The notes: generated by a model from the letters alone, not told the origin. A DNA stretch of 61,606 bases, filler included, from Circinaria calcarea (GCA_051942165.1; 16 parts of 16 records of this genome joined end to end with filler, not necessarily neighbours in it), one strand, 5' to 3'. Counted from the whole stretch's first letter, positions 36,789-49,488 are shown. Numbers and translations are program-made.

Positions 36789-38197
36789 ATGCTTGCCATG
36801 TATAACTTTAACTACATATCTATCCTCCTCCTTCCCGCCCTCATCGCTCAGACAGTATCCTTGAGTACTCCCACTCCGACCATCCAACCAGCCCTCCTCC
36901 AAACCTTCGACGGGGTAACCGCATCTCCTGACGAAGTACTTGACCTCCTTTATCCTCCGCATCCTTTACTTACTGATTGTGTTAGATATCCTCCGAACTT
37001 ATCGCATACAGCCGCCACATGACCCTTTTCGGTGCCTATGGCGCATTCACCCAGGACGTTGCTCATTTTGTAACCGGTCCTTGGCCCACCAACCCTCCAG
37101 CTGCTCTCTCCAGCCTCTACGCATCATGGACCGCCAACGATGAATACGTCCCGGATTTCTACACTGCCGCTGTTAGTTATTTTGAAAGTGTCACCAGGGT
37201 AAACGAGGCAATCAGTATGGGCTTGATCGGCCCGTCTCAGTTTTCCTTTGTTGTCTCTTACATATACACCCCTCCGCTACAACCCTCGAATTTTTTTCCG
37301 CCCGATGCTCTCCGAGAGAACATGGAAACTCCTACGACAGGCGCCGAAGGACCCATAAGCGAAGAAAGCGGTCTAGGTGTAACTGGTGTATTCACTACAA
37401 GTGGGTCGCCATTGTTTCCTACGAACGTACCCGACATCCTCACGTCCATCCCTGGGCTAGTACCAGTCTTTACGTCCGGGCAATCGCGGACCGGAGCCGA
37501 AGGAAGACATCCGACTGCACTCCCTGTTCTTGAGACTTGGGATCCCTTTGGCCATAATGAGCTTGATGTTAATGGCGGACAACCGTTGTCTCCTATCACG
37601 CCAGTCAGTACAGGGTCCGTTCCAGGGTTTGCATCTTTTACGACTGGGCAGGTGCAGACCAGAGGCGGAGAAGGAGATGTGAGTGCAATACCTGGAATTG
37701 GGGGTTCCCTTACCGGTACCGCCTTCACCATCATCGACGGGCCCTCGTCGTCCCCTATCGTCCAGCCTAGCACGATCGTAGAACCTGTACCCACTTTTAC
37801 TCCTGGCCAGGTGCAGACGCAAGGGCAGGAAGGAACTTCAAGCGGGGTTTTCTTCGTCGAAACCGGTGCAGGGTATACCATCTTTGATGCTCCTGACCTC
37901 ACGGCTCCGATTACGCTCTTGGACGGCACTAAGACTGAACGAACTCCTGGAGTACTAGTGACGCAGATGGTCACGGTTACGGTTAGTGTCTTAGCGAATA
38001 CGACGCAGACGACAGCCTCGTCTTCTGTCACCACCATCTCTTCAACTTTCACTTCTCCACTGGCCGCTACGACCTCCAGCTCAGCAGCAGGAGCACCGGC
38101 ACGAGGATTGAGACCGACGCATCCGAAGGTGATGTCGAGATTAAGGGCGGCGATAGTGGGATATACGGGGTTGATGCTTGGGTTTTGGATCGACTGA
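36789..38197 (+). CDS. Secreted Ser/Thr/Gly/Pro-rich, probably GPI-anchored cell-wall protein with internal repeats, 2 exons (intron 36936-36985)
   Basis: Signal peptide ..ISILLLPALIAQTVS; the intron keeps frame into ORF 37019..38197; FTxGQxxTxGxEG repeats; C-terminal SSAAGAPA..AAIVGYTGLMLGFWID. Confidence 0.75.
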
Positions 38198-38651
38198 TGG
38201 ATTTTGATGGGGGATTCTTTGGGAGATGTATGAAGGTGGGGGGGAAGAATTTGGGCATGTAGGATATTTATTGTCATTGGAGGAATGTAAGACATGGTTT
38301 ATTTGACGATGGGTAACGCCCCGTGCGTTGAATGCAACTTCTACTGGAACAAAAGCCGAAAAGAAGTAGAACGGGGATGGGGCAGTGGGAATATTCATGC
38401 ATGCATATATTATATCTTGTACAATTTTCCAATATAGCAAAAACTCCTAGTCTTTTCGTGACAAGAGGAAAAATAGGAGAGTTTTCTCGGATTTGTTTAA
38501 CTACAAAAACTTGCCGTAACTTTAACAATAGATATCGGCCTCTCTTTTTTTNNNNNNNNNNNNNNNNNNNNNNNNNNNNNNNNNNNNNNNNNNNNTTAAT
38601 TAATTAANNNNNNNNNNNNNNNNNNNNNNNNNNNNNNNNNNNNNNNNNNNN

Positions 38652-39476
38652 GTTCTCGATATTGCGGCACGAGAGGTCAAACCAGGAGTGACTACAGACT
38701 TCATAGATGAAGTGGTGCATAATGCGTGTATAGAAAGAGACGTAAGTCAGCAAAAGCGAAGTTTCAACCTGCGCATGAGCTAAGTCGAACCACCACAGTC
38801 ATACCCCTCGCCTTTAAACTACGCCCATTTTCCCAAATCTGTCTGTACTTCCGTAAATGAAGTCATCTGTCACGGCATACCCGACCAAAGAGTCCTTCTT
38901 GATGGCGACATCCTTAACATTGACGTAACGCTATATCATGGCGGATTTCACGGAGATATCAATGAGACTTACTATGTTGGGGCGAAGGCAGCAGCAAATC
39001 CAGAATCAGTACGAGTGGTGGAAACGTCACGCGAGTGTCTCGAGCAAGCAATACAAATAGTCAAGCCGGGTATGCTGTTCCGCGACCCAGGGACTGTAAT
39101 TGAGAAGCACGCAAAATCCAGAGGATGCAGTGTCGTGAAGACATACTGCGGCCACGGCATCAATCAGCTCTTCCACACGACACCCAACGTTCCACACTAT
39201 GCAAAGAATAAGGCTGTTGGGATTGCGAAGCCGGGCATGTGCTTCACCATCGAGCCCATGATTACTCTGGGAACGTACAGAGACAAGACCTGGCCTGATG
39301 ATTGGACGAGCGTCACTCAGGATGGCTCGAGGACGGCGCAATTCGAGCATACGTTGCTGGTGACCGAGGATGGGGTGGAGGTTCTCACGGCACGGCTCGA
39401 AGACTCACCGGGTGGCCCGATAGCAATGCCCGTTTGCAAGTCGGAAGAAGCCAGCGAGGTCAGTAAAAGCCAGTAG
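38652..39476 (+). CDS. MAP1: Methionine aminopeptidase type 1, 5' truncated
   Basis: [69 protein letters not shown]. Confidence 0.96.
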
Positions 39477-40015
39477 TCAAGGCTCGAGAATATGTGGTGA
39501 GGCTACCACATGGTCAAAGTTGCATTGAGCGCATGGAGTTGGCGGGTCTTGTAGCGGACTTGTTCCTTTTTCTTACAACACAATTTCATTAATAGCGAGC
39601 CTAGAGGCTTTTGCAAGTTCAAAGATGCCAGCTTTACCATGGCATGCCCAAAGGTAGAAATCCGGAGACCGTTTTCTGATAGTCACGTCCCCGTATTGCA
39701 GATCGCATCCTTGTTTGATACCCCTTGTTTGAGTACGAATTGAGGGCTGCCTGATAGTTGGTGCATCTAGGGATTCGTAAACCAAGCCTTATCGTGACCT
39801 ACCGAACTGGTTGAACGCCCGCGTATGTGCAGCTGTTTAATTCTCGTGCTGCTGGAAGTTGTCGTATTATGATATGAAAGGACTCATGTTTAGGACATAG
39901 TATTGTGAAGACGGTCTACACCAGTCTACGTTGTATCAAATTATTTACTAGAGTGCCCCCTAGGTAATCTCACATCCCAGTCTAAAAGGGTTTCTAACGC
40001 CACCATCTTTCTATT

Positions 40016-40967
40016 CTATCCAGCCTTTCCATTGGGTATCTCCCTGGGTACGCCCGCCTTGGGTTTCTCGAAACGCGACCTCACCGTGCGTATCATCCGG
40101 CCAAACCAATAAAAGTTCAGGGCGCTCAAAATGGTCACACTTGCCATGTATGCTACCGCGAGCCACGGAGGTACGGGGAGCTCTCCGGGATTCTGAATCG
40201 CCCTCCACACGTCCTGGTACATTCGGAAGGACTGGTAGTTTCCCCACACGAGTCGACAGCCGCCGAAAGACGCAATCAGCGCGATGCCGTTGTACAACTG
40301 GAGCTTACTGCCGGTCATGCCCACTTTGTCGAGGAACCAGTGGATGTTGACAAAGGGGGTCGACAGCTCGTAGAGAATGAAGTTGAGACCGTAGTAGTTG
40401 AGGAAAGGGCGCTATTGTCCATTAGCCGGTACATTCCCCCGAGGGCCCCTCGATAATGTTGCGATGAGAAGCTAGAAGGAGGCCTACAAAACCCAGAGAT
40501 GACACGGCCAACGCACAGGCAGCGTGAGCCAGCGCTCCTGGCCCATGCACATCAATGTCCTTTGCGCTGGTCAGGAGATCCCAGAGGAAATAGCCGGCGG
40601 AAAACGCCTGGACCATGCCTGTCGCGCCCGAGTAGCCCCATATCCTCTCTTTCCAGTCCATATTCCTCCTCTCCAGATCCACATACATGACCCATATCGC
40701 TGCGCTGTTGATGACACACGCTTGGATCATCGAAACAAAATGGACATCCCAGTTGATCTTGGCACGCTTCGACAGCTTCGTATAGGTATCTGGAAAGAGA
40801 TAACCGGAAACACGAGGGGCGACGACAGTCTTGATACACTGGTACGTACAAAAGGCGAAGAGGATCTCGTGGACGTGCAGGGGGAGGGTCCTCAGTGCTA
40901 AGGAATTTGCCAGGGTCTTTGTCGCCTGCACCAGAGGAGCCGGTGCGGCGAAGAAGGGGTCCCGCAT
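40016..40967 (-). CDS. TLC-domain membrane protein (Tda4/TMEM56-like), 2 exons
   Basis: INWDVHFVSMIQA..WKERIWGY..GYFLWDL..LAHA..RPFLNYYGLNFILYELSTPFVNIHWFLDK..LSALNFYWFGRMI. Confidence 0.88.
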
Positions 40968-42599
40968 TGTAGATGGCCGAAAGATAATAAGAAACGGTAA
41001 CCGCGAGGTGAAATATGCGGTTCGCAGACAAGAGAAAAGGGAAACAATAGTGGTGGGAGTATTGTTTGCGATATTTTTCGCGATCAATAGAACAATAACC
41101 GGGATGACTCGGGGGAGGCCTTACCCGATGCCGCCGAACCACCCCATCGCTTTATGATTCGAAGTTCTTTGTTGGGGTCGGCAATGGAAAGGACAATTTA
41201 CCGTCGGCGCTCTCTTTGTGCCACTCGAGTGAGTGATCGATCACCCACAGTCAACCCCATTGCATTTTCATCTGGATCGGGCTATAGACTTCTCAGGTTC
41301 GCTGGCAGTGGCCCACCACCTGTCACGGGCCATGGTAACACCCCGGAGGCCGAAGTACATCTCACCATCTTAGTTATGTGTGCCACGGATTGGATGGCAG
41401 CGTAAAGTATCAATAGAGAAGCAAACGGATGACAGCGACAGAAATCTATACGCCCAAGTACTGTGAAAGTAAAAACCAATATAAATCAGGATGATTAAAA
41501 GATTGGCGGGAGCCTCATATATAAATCCTTCTTCCTAGAATATCCTACTCCATGGCAATATGACGTCCATATGCCCTCATCTTCCCCCGTCCGACTTCCG
41601 ACCAATCGGAACGTATTTGGTCAGCAAACTTGGAGATCTAAATTCATGTACAGTCGCGAAATCAAGCGAGCCCCGGTAGTAGACCCTGGCCGCGTTATTC
41701 TGCCAGTTATTCGGTAAATCTACCTGATCTGGTTTAGATGCCCTGTATGATATGACTTTGTAACCTATATATATATATGATACGCAAGCATCACAGATTG
41801 ATTTCACCCCATTAGTGCCAACATTCCCCTTTTTCCACTGTCTAAAATCCACATAGCAATTTCTCGCCCTCCTTCACTGGTCTTGTGCTTTTTTTCACCA
41901 CGTTGTCCTTCCAGATTAAGTGATAATGGGTTTCGAGCAGTCCCGATGAAACATGTATACCATGCACTAGACGCTCCTGTTGCTAGAGGTTCCACTTGTA
42001 TCTCCAAGTTGATATCAAAATTGGTACAGTCAAGGTGCCATTCTCCTAGAGTCATCAATATTCCCGTGCAGTCACTATCAAAACACGTCTCGAAGATCAT
42101 GTTTGCCTATTCTATGTTCACCAGTCAATAGCCAAATTTGCCCGAACAGTCTGTGTTCTCATCCGTCGTGGCTAGTCAATATCAAAATATCCTCCCCTTA
42201 TATATTCACCCCGTCCTGCAGTAATCTCCCCATCATCCTTCAACACTTGTTAATTACAGCCAGTAACTAACAAGCTCATCAATACTCTCATATTCCAAAT
42301 CCTAATACTAATCCCACCCCTTGATCAGCACCAACCCAACCTACCTCTACCCACGAAAATGTCATCCATCCTAACCACCACCAAGTGCCACGACCCTCCC
42401 CNNNNNNNNNNNNNNNNNNNNNNNNNNNNNNNNNNNNNNNNNNNNTTAATTAATTAANNNNNNNNNNNNNNNNNNNNNNNNNNNNNNNNNNNNNNNNNNN
42501 NGGGTAAAGCTTTTATAATTATAAAATATATTATAAATATTATAATTAATAAAAAGAGAATACTTAATTTATAATATATTTATTTATTTAGAGTCTATT

Positions 42600-42953
42600 T
42601 GTTACGTCCCTATGCTTCTTAGGCAAAGGCAATACCTAGTTATTAATATAAGGCAGAGGCTCTGTAGATATGCACGAAGGTTCTATACCAATCACTTAGC
42701 AAGTAATTAAGTGATAATAGAAATGTATTGCTATATTTATAAAGTCTTGATCATAGAGGTCAAATATTACGGAAAAGACTGAGACTATATAGGTCCTTTC
42801 GAGGTTACACGAACCTTCCCAAAAGGGGTGGATGTAATGGACGTCGTGGACGTAGCCACGTCCAGCACGTCCAGTACGTCCAGTACCAGAGATACCCCTG
42901 GTACACGTACTGCCTATACCTCTTGGCACAGCCCTGCGGGTTGCGCCATTACA
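42600..42953. mobile_element. Solo LTR (354 bp) with 5-bp target-site duplication
   Basis: Starts TGTTA and ends TTACA; flanked on both sides by CTATT (42595-42599, 42954-42958); embedded in AT-rich DNA. Confidence 0.85.
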
Positions 42954-42974
42954 CTATTATATTATATTTATAAA

Positions 42975-43138
42975 AATTTTAATAATTCGAATTAAATTAA
43001 TAATTCAAACTGTAGTTTAAATTAGTAATTTAATTTAATATATTAAATTAAATTGTTAGTTCCAGTTTATTTTTCAAATTGCCAAGGCAGTTACAGTTCA
43101 GGCGCCAAACTACATTGTTTGAACTACTGGCGGCGCTG
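42975..43138 (+). mobile_element. RIP-decayed copy C of the CAG[C/G]GCCGCC TIR element
   Basis: TATATTAAATTAAATTGTTAGTTCCAGTTTATTTTTCAAATTGCCAAGGCAGTTACAG..ACTACTGGCGGCGCTG aligns with copy B TATACTGGACCGAACTGGCAGTTCCAGTCCACCCTTCAGACTGCCAAGG by almost only C>T and G>A changes. Confidence 0.85.
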
Positions 43139-43312
43139 CTCTGGGTAGGCATCTCGGGCGTAAATATCGGTGTCCCGCACTGAAAGATAGCCGTAGGATT
43201 CCGGGGAGGCCTCGCGAGCGTACAGAGCACCGTAAACGTTTCCCTGGGCGGAAACAAGAGTGTTGGTGGCGAGGGAGAGGACGGCAAGAATGGTGACTTT
43301 GGAAAAGAACAT
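43124..43312 (-). pseudogene. Small secreted protein with YARxA/R-D repeats, truncated by the TIR element
   Basis: MFFSKVTILAVLSLATNTLVSA (signal) ..LYAREASPESYGYLSVRDTDIYARDAYPE; the final QRRQ* is read directly from the element terminus CAGCGCCGCCAGTAG. Confidence 0.7.
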
Positions 43313-44357
43313 GGTGGTGGACAGATGGATAGTTAATAGTACGGGATGAGACGGCGACTGAGATATTTTGCCGTCGGGTTGGTTGTGGAAATTCTAGTAG
43401 GAAGATGAAGGTGAAAATTGCTGGATTGTATGAGCTGAGAGATGATACGGTGGATTGGGGTTTTATACTACTTCTTTACCCCTAGCCATAGTAGCAACAC
43501 ATATCTCTTCAGACAACTCTCAAGGGCTTTAGGGTAATTCTAGAAGATTAGCATAGGAGCAGGTTGGATAGTTGACTGCGCGCACATGAAGCTCAGCTGC
43601 TAGAGGTGTTGTTGTAGTTTCGAAGCGTTTCGAGCCCCTTCGGGGTACGCCGTGTCTACGCATGTTTTGGATGGTCGGCTACACCCTCTGGTATCGGGTA
43701 CACTGAGTTGATGTTCAATGGGAGTTGGCCAAATGCCTGATGATGTTGTTCATTTACTCCGGAACCTTATTTATGTTTAGGCTGTCAACAGTTCGGGTCA
43801 AGCCTAGCATTAATCAGGAAAACTTCAGGGTTATACCTCCTTGGCTAATTAAACGTTAAGCCACGGATCGGTCCGAGCCGTTTATCGGCCCGCAATAGCT
43901 CCCCTACCTCACACATGGCCAAAACACAGCCTTCTTCAGCGCCCTTGTGTTGGGTTTCGGGCCTACGATTGTACAAGTGATGCAGCCGAGCGGGTGATGA
44001 TGGACCTTAGGTTTAAAGGAGCTCAACAAGACCACACAGCCCTCTGCAGATAAACTAAAGACCGGTCAGGGTCGGAGTGGGTGTTCTCCAACAAATGTGG
44101 CTCACAGGATCGATGGAATGTGTGTTTTCTTCTTCATGTAAAGGTGCTTACGTTGAAGAGTAGCAAGTAAGCATAGGTGGTCCCTACCTAGAAAGCATCT
44201 TGCAAGCACCTATAAGTCGAACGTTCGGTGGCTTTCCCCTTCTTCTAGCTCCCCATTTTCACCTACCGCATACCCTGACCAGCCATAGTTCTATCTCACG
44301 TGCATCACCGCAATTCTCTATTACCTACAGTCGAGCCAATTCTGACCTTTCTTTACA

Positions 44358-45984
44358 ATGCCTGAGCCTCCACCTGCATGCAGATTCGAGGATCCGACCA
44401 TCACAGCGGTGGGAGAAACACTACTCTCCCATTCGTACTATAGCTAACGGCAGAGCAGGAAAGCGTGGAGGCTTACGTTCTCGGTGGCTTCCATCCCGTT
44501 CATTTTGGGGACATCTACAATGGTCGCTACGTTGTATTCCGGAAACTGGGATTTGCCACGGGAGCCACGGTGTGGCTTGCAAGAGATATAGTGTAAGCCA
44601 GCCTAATGGTCCTCACCATGTCTAGCTTGTGCTCAACCTCAATTAAGGCGAACCGCTATGTGGCGCTGAAAGTAGTAATGGCTCGCAAGTCAAACATCAA
44701 TGGTACCGAGGCGACCTTCTCAACAGCTTCGCTACCAGAACACCCCGGGAAAGAACATGTGAGAGGGAAACTCGATTCCTTCAACCACAAGGGCCCAAAC
44801 GGACTACATACCTGCGTCACATTCGAGCCGCTGGGTCGGTCTTTTGAGACACTCTTGCAACACGCAAGTCTTCTTCAAGACGAGCACCACTTCACCCCAA
44901 CAGCGTATCATCCCACGGTATGGTCTGCGACTCTCGTACGTGAAGTGTGCAGGCAAATGATCCTTGCGCTTGATTTTCTGCACTCGAATCGAATCATGCA
45001 TCGCGATATATAACCGGGCAACATGTTATTGGCATTGAACTATAATATCCATTCGATGACCGAGATCGAAATTCAACGAAGTTTGTGGGATGTTGACAAT
45101 GTTCCGCAAGATACAGAGGACAGGGGTTCAATCATCAAACATGAAGTTGTAAACGAATCACTCGATCCAGAAGGGCAAATGATGAATCTTAGAAGATCTC
45201 TATTTTCTCTTAACATGACCGTACGGCTCGATGGCGAGCCTTTGCACGAACGTGATCCGAAGTACACCGTTGGTGTAATTACTCTACCTGATAGGCTTAC
45301 CTTTGACCCACCCGCACATCCCAAGTGTGTCTTGATTGATCTTGGGAGTTCGTGCCGCTTTGAAGATTGTAACCACGGACAGATTCCTTACCCAATCGAC
45401 GTGCGTTCCCCGCAATTCATCTTGGCCTGCCGTATATTGAAAAGGCCGACATCTGGGCCTTGGGCGTCACATTGTGTCGCGTTGTTACATTGGTCCCACT
45501 TATCTTCGCTTATTCAACGTTTGGCGAAAGTGACGAGGAGGTCAAGCAAGAGACAGAAGACACCAACCTGGTGAATATCATTGAACGACTGGGACCATTA
45601 CCCCCCGACTTGCAATCCCACTGGCCCAATAGGGATAAATATATTAATGCGTTCGGTGAGTTACTTCATCCAGACCCTGTCGATCCAGAAGTGACGGCAA
45701 ATGGCGATATGCACCACGTTATCCAGCTCGCTCGGCCTCTTGATATGCCAGATCGGGAAGCAACAATCTTCGAGTCGATGATCAAAGACATGCTCCAATA
45801 CGATTTAGGTAAACGACCGTCTATAACCGAGCTGCTTCAACATCCATAGTTCAGCACATTGGATTTCTCGCACGAATGTCCTCGTGCTCCGCGAAGGCGT
45901 AAGTATAGGGTTCTCAGTGGTGGGTCGGATACGTCGTCGTCGGCATCGACATCCCCACCGGCGTCACCGGCCCTGCAGTCGTAG
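44358..45984 (+). pseudogene. SRPK/Sky1-like fungal protein kinase pseudogene
   Basis: ESVEAYVLGGFHPVHFGD..RYVVFRKLG..TVWLARD; YVALKV; GPNGLHTC; HRDI*PGN (TAA 45011-45013); IDLG; frameshift near 45430; ELLQHP*F (TAG 45847-45849). Confidence 0.85.
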
Positions 45985-46345
45985 GCGCTAGATGGCGGCC
46001 CATATTTACCTGCTTTGCTATGGCGTAGAGAGTTGGTTTTGTTAGCATGCCAGTGAGTCTTTAAGCCTTAATGAGGCAATGAATAGAATCAAGCAATTTC
46101 TATCACCTTTTTCCGATAATGCATGCACTTCCGTGATATATAACCCCTATAAAAAAAAAAGCCCCAAACAACATAACTTGATCTACCGGAGAAAAACCCC
46201 GGGGAGCTACCATCCCGCTACTCCCGCCACAAAAAGGGGGGGGGGNNNNNNNNNNNNNNNNNNNNNNNNNNNNNNNNNNNNNNNNNNNNTTAATTAATTA
46301 ANNNNNNNNNNNNNNNNNNNNNNNNNNNNNNNNNNNNNNNNNNNN

Positions 46346-49300
46346 TCTTCCTCTTCCTCTTCGTCGGATGAGTCTTCTGGCTCGGATCCAGGATCATCGG
46401 GAGGGTCATCATCGGCAGGCTGCTCAAGCGTTCGTTTTGACTTTTTGGCAAATGCTTTCTCTGCCGAGAGGAAAGTACTTGCAATAAGATCCTGTGCTTC
46501 TGACGGAACTTCTTGCACAAGATCTGCGCTAGAGGGACTGTCATTGGAGATGCCAGCTACTGGCTGCTTGAGGTGGCGGAAAGTGGCAAAAAGAGTATGT
46601 AGGTCGAGGAGAGTGCCAATGGCACAGAAACGAACATCGCCAAGCTTTGGTTCCGATTTAACGATCTCTAAAATGGAGGTAGAAAACCTTGTGTAGTCAG
46701 GAAGAGTCTCAATCTGCTCCCCGGCATCGAGCCTTGTTCTGAGCGAGCGCACTTTCCACATGTAGTAAAACAATAGAGACTTCATCGCACTTGTCAGTAG
46801 CAGCTGACTCTCTTGGCCCCAAGAACCAGAATACTTTTTCAAAAGTTCAAGTAACATATCGATCATATTCGTCCATGGAGGACCACCAATTATGGTGGCT
46901 CTCGCCCTCGAATGAGGCTCTGCTTCGAAAGTCTGCACACAGTCTGAAATGCTTGCCAGGTTCGAAATGCGCCGGACGGTATTGCAGAGATCTGTAAATT
47001 TATTCTCCATTTCCACCAGCATGAGCGACCTCAACGAGTATGTGGTTTCATCCCAGAGTTCTTGGACTTTGCTTTCAGTGACTTCTTCAAGCTCTTCAAA
47101 GCTACGTGCATGGAGCAAAGCCGTACTTGCTTCAGCAAGTACGTTATGATCGGCGTGCGTAAGGAATTGTTTGTTGATATCATCAAGGAGAGAAGCATAT
47201 TCGGTAGAGTCTTGTCGAAGTTCTTGAAAGATCTCTAGGTTCAGTACATGCTCTAAACGGAGTACTGCCGATGCTGTGACAGGATTCGCGCCGAATTTCC
47301 CAAGCAAACGAGGGATCGCTTGCGCGAGATGTAATGCCGTCGTCTCCTGGATTTCTCTAGATTCATCTTTTTTCGCCCTTGATTTTTTGCCTTTCTTGTC
47401 CATCTCCGATTCTACAGCGTCGGTTAATCGTAAGTTGACGGCTGTGTTGAGGATCTCGAGGAGGAGTCTCTCTTCTCTCTCGTTTGGTTGGCATCGTACC
47501 TTGAATGCCGTCAACGGGTCGTCTGGGGCATTGCTCTGTGTAGAACTTGAGTGGTCGTACAAAAGATAGCCGGCAAGAATCTCCCATTCCTTGATCTCGG
47601 GAACCCCTTCACAAATCGCTTGCGCGGCCATCGAATATCTTGAATCCACTCCCGATGCAACCAAAGTCCCTGTATCGGTTGTATCTTGCACATCACAATT
47701 ATCGTCACCACTTTCAGAGTCATAAGATCGCAAAACTTCCGCGAGGCACTTTAGTTTCAACCATGATTTCCGTGGGTTGTCATAGTCATCGTCGGCTTCT
47801 TCGCCAAGTGCTTCATCCAAAACATCCTCCCCACCGAGCTCTTCCGCCATGGCTTCAAACATGTCGTTTATATTCTCCGCAAAGAATCCTGCAACAGCTT
47901 TTCGTACACGAGGCTCGTTATCGAAGATGAGTTTGCCAACAGTATCTACATCATCCGGTTCAAGAAGTCCAACACTTCGAATCAGATCTAGTAATTCGAT
48001 AGCAGATGCTCTAATGGTGGACTCTGCATCCCGTGCCGCCATTTCAACCATTCTTGGGCGGAACCGCTCTGTGAAGGCGCGTAATCGTCCGACATTATCC
48101 TTATTCTTGTAGAGTTTCAGAAGTTGCTTGAGTACTTCTGCTCTAGTTTGTGACGAGGTATCTGAGAGCACCCAGCCCAGGTACCGGAGGTATTGACCCT
48201 CAAAGAATATGTCTGGACAAGTTGAAATCCAAGTACCAAGTGCAGCGGAACAATCTACTCGGATCCGCGGATCCACGTCTCGATAGCGATGGACGAATAC
48301 GGTGTCGAATACATCCCTCAGCCAACTCTCAACGAATTCTCGTTTTTTCTCGGTCTCTTTGATCTTCGCCTCGAGAATAGCCACGAGCTCTTTGTTTACG
48401 CGTTTCTTCTTCCGCTCACCATCCCTCTGCCTAATTGTCGTAGCTGTTTCGTTAGTAATGACCTTCATCACATCGCACAACGCACTAGCCATGGATAATG
48501 AAACCACAGTAGCAGTGTGTCTGAAAGGTCGTATTCCCGAAGATGACATTGTTGTAACCCATACTTGAATATTTTCAATCAAAGCCAAGTCTGCGTAGAG
48601 GATACCGGAGGCGTGAGCAGTTTCGACCAAGGAAGCGAAGAACGAGGTCATAATCGCCCGAGAAAAAGTGCTACTCCTGGCCTTCAAGATGAGTGGATAG
48701 TCTGTGATCTTCTGTGCTTGATATTCGTCTTGCAAATCCTGCAGTTTGCTGGTTACGTTATCAGGATCTTCAATGTCATGGATGGTAACTTGTAAATCGC
48801 ATCCAGTACATTTAAGGACGAAGTTGACTAGTTCGCACATGGCATTGGCGTTGTGGCCATCGTATCGCGAGATCCATTCTGCCGCTACGTTGTCTGTGGT
48901 ATGTCCTTGCGAGAAGATTTCCCCTGATTCCATTAGCCATTCCCTCGCCTCAGGCTTTACCATGTCAAGTCTAACCGTAGAGACCGCTGTCCTCGGATCC
49001 TTCATCCGCTGTATCAGTGTTTTGTCGCGCGCGTGGTTTCCTTGGCTTCGGAGTCTTCTTGACCCCGTTCGTTGCGGGGCGCATAGGCAATTTCATGGCG
49101 GTGTTCGTCACTGTTTTTGACCTTTTCGCGGCTGGCTTCTTTGGTGTCGGCTTCAACTTTGAGGCTTTCTTTCTCTTTTCTTTTAACTCCTCTTCGTCTG
49201 GATCTCCTTCACTTTCGTCCGGGCTGCTCTCTTCTACGTCCTCATCTTCCAGCTCGACCTCTACAGTCACAGCGCGTTTTCGTTTCCCATTACCATTGCT

Positions 49301-49435
49301 TCGAATTGCTATATTGGGATCTTGTTGATACAGTGCTGGCTTCTGCGTTGCGCGCCCAGATCTCCGTCGATTGGTCGCGTCCATTTCTGACGTGGCTGGA
49401 TCGGAGAGCTCCATACTCGACAGCCTGGCCGGCAT
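46346..49435 (-). CDS. SCC3: Cohesin subunit Scc3/Psc3 (STAG domain), 2 exons (intron 48975-48924), 3' truncated
   Basis: IRPFRHTAT..FDTVFVHRYRDVDPRIR..YLRYLGWVLSD..FTERFRPRMVEMAARD. Confidence 0.95.
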
Positions 49436-49477
49436 TAGTGACTATGCCAGTAGTACTTGAGAAATCGAAGCCGAGTC

Positions 49478-49488
49478 CACGCGCGAAA
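49478..49488. promoter_or_regulatory. MCB/SCB-like G1/S element (CACGCGCGAAA) in the SCC3-ureD divergent spacer
   Basis: Overlapping ACGCG and CGCGAAA about 45 nt upstream of the SCC3 ATG; cohesin genes are typical MBF targets in yeasts. Confidence 0.4.

Noticed and set aside
37258..38295. 345-aa minus-strand ORF
   Set aside because: Antisense shadow of the Thr/Ser/Gly-rich wall protein, with no independent motif.
41577..42131. Short ORFs upstream of the TLC-domain gene
   Set aside because: No recognisable motif or convincing splice model.
42696..42929. 77-aa ORF with GRTGRAGRG repeats as the continuation of the secreted peptide gene
   Set aside because: It lies wholly inside the solo LTR; the repeats come from the ACGTCCAG mini-array.
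45011..45013. Stop-codon readthrough or A-to-I recoding in the kinase
   Set aside because: A second stop and a frameshift in the same gene make pseudogenisation the simpler explanation, and Trp from an edited stop would not fit the HRDxxxxN catalytic loop.
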